Assembly: GCF_018977255.1 (NCBI RefSeq)
Contig: NW_024704762.1
Coordinates: forward strand, 7,440,001 to 7,504,000
Length of the DNA stretch: 64,000 nt
Reading direction: 5' to 3'
DNA from: Callorhinchus milii
Lineage: Eukaryota
The translations under genes were made by a program, and so were the position numbers. Shown here in pieces: positions 62,901 through 64,000 of this stretch. How positions within the stretch are numbered: the stretch's first letter is position 1; each line of letters opens with the position of its first letter. Below the pieces are notes generated by a model, which saw only the letters and a list, made by a program, of their open reading frames with translations, was not told the origin of the DNA and searched no databases.

Positions 62901-63785
62901 ACACGCATGTGTTACTTCCCAATTCGACCAAACTCTATAACACCACGTCCGTTATTCACACCTCCCCCTCTCCCATTCTCATCAGTTTCCCTGGTTACAC
63001 ATTCATTGACTTGAACATCCAAATTGCTTCACTCTTTCACTTTCCCTGCCAATACCATCTCCCTCCAGCCCTGTATTCTTCCTGTCTGTTCCCACCATTC
63101 CCCCAACTCCCCCAACTAGTTTACAGCTAGTTCGTCCACAAAATATATTCAATCAATTTGGTCACTTCAATCCACGACAGTGTGGGATACTGCTGTGCGC
63201 AATTGGCTGCTGCGTTTTGCCCACAAAATATACAGTCAATTCACCTTAAAAGTATATCCTGTGAAGCTCTTTGAGATGTGTCAACAACATGATAAGGCGC
63301 TGTATAAAATGCAAGGATTATTATTACTAGTTCCTCATTGCTTCCAGCCTCTATCAATCGCCTTCACTCCTCTGAAGCTCACTCCAAAAATACCTTTGCT
63401 TTGCTTCTCTCTCTCTTTATCCCTCTCTGCTTTCAAAACCTTTTAAGGTTCCTTTACCCACTGCTTGCCAATGTCTCTGAGTGCTCGTAAACCTGTACGT
63501 ATCCGATATGAAAGGCACTGTGTAAAGTCCACGTTGCTTTTGCTCATGGCTCATCTACTATGCTTGTTTTTTCTCTGTGAGCCACATCCAACCTCAACCC
63601 AATTGCCTTGTTCTCCCGCAGTACATTGTCCTCCTAGCGCTGAAAGTGCTGACTGGTCAAATGAACGAGGTAAACGACGTCCGAGAATACGACATCGATG
63701 AGAGTCAGCCCGAGGATGAGGGTCAGCCTGTGGTCCCAGACAAGAAAAGCCCCGACCTTCACTCCAAGAACTGTTACAAAGAAGG
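56959..63785 (+). CDS. CERS1: Ceramide synthase 1 (last exon probably beyond the window); exons 56959-57318, 60397-60556, 61157-61337, 61670-61831, 62203-62350, 63622-63785
   Basis: MPGYAEML...PRDAAKMPESAWKLLFY...MDTWRKDSIVMLVHHIITLVLISFSYAFR/YHNIGILVLFLHDINDIQLEFTKLNVYFKNRGG (Lag1 motif)/FWFRLYWFPLKVLYA.../YIVLLALKVLTGQMNEVNDVREYD; GT-AG introns with consistent phases. The start codon and the end of exon 6 are less certain. Confidence 0.95.
57007..57066 (+). repeat. Coding microsatellites (ATG)5 and (CAG)8-CAA-CAG in CERS1 exon 1
   Basis: ATG x5 at 57007-57021; ten Gln codons at 57037-57066. Confidence 0.9.
61902..62108 (+). mobile_element. Internally deleted SINE (tRNA head joined to tail)
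   Basis: The head ends at caagtttcctt and joins directly to ggctgcccacaaaatatacagtc and the tail. Confidence 0.8.
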
Positions 63786-64000
63786 GTACGAGGTTTCACA
63801 AGGCAAACCAAAGGAGTATTTTTTTTTACAGAGAAAAAGCCTAAAATTCAAGTCTATAACACGTGTGAATAGATTTGTTATTTGATTCAAGCTTGGGAGG
63901 TTAAAAAAATAAGGAAAATCTCCTTCCCGCAATTGTTTTGTCTACTTACCCGACGCACCAGCTTTGGCTGAAAGACCGACCACTGTCTGTCTGTGCAGCA

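Overview
Vertebrate genomic DNA. The repeat content (DeuSINE/SacSINE1-like SINEs, CR1 and L2 LINEs) and compact introns suggest a cartilaginous fish, probably a holocephalan (inference). Five spliced genes were reconstructed by hand from splice sites and protein similarity recalled from memory: GADD45B (minus strand, 4 coding exons, 157 aa); a class-4 semaphorin of the SEMA4D/sema4e type (plus, 14 coding exons, 833 aa); COPE (plus, 10 exons, 300 aa); a CTDSPL2-like FCP/SCP-domain gene (plus, 10 coding exons, about 357 aa); and CERS1 (plus, 6 exons seen, probably running off the window). Most interesting: (1) the CTDSPL2 paralogue has an intact frame but has lost the catalytic Asp (DLDET to GLDET) and the motif III Lys, so it is a candidate pseudophosphatase; (2) a SINE inserted exactly at the COPE exon-2 donor, leaving two in-frame donors 93 nt apart; (3) a decayed copy of semaphorin exon 10 lies upstream of the gene; (4) CERS1 has a polyM/polyQ N-terminal extension. 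Most ORFs in the supplied track are spurious (SINE tails, minisatellites). No database searches were run.
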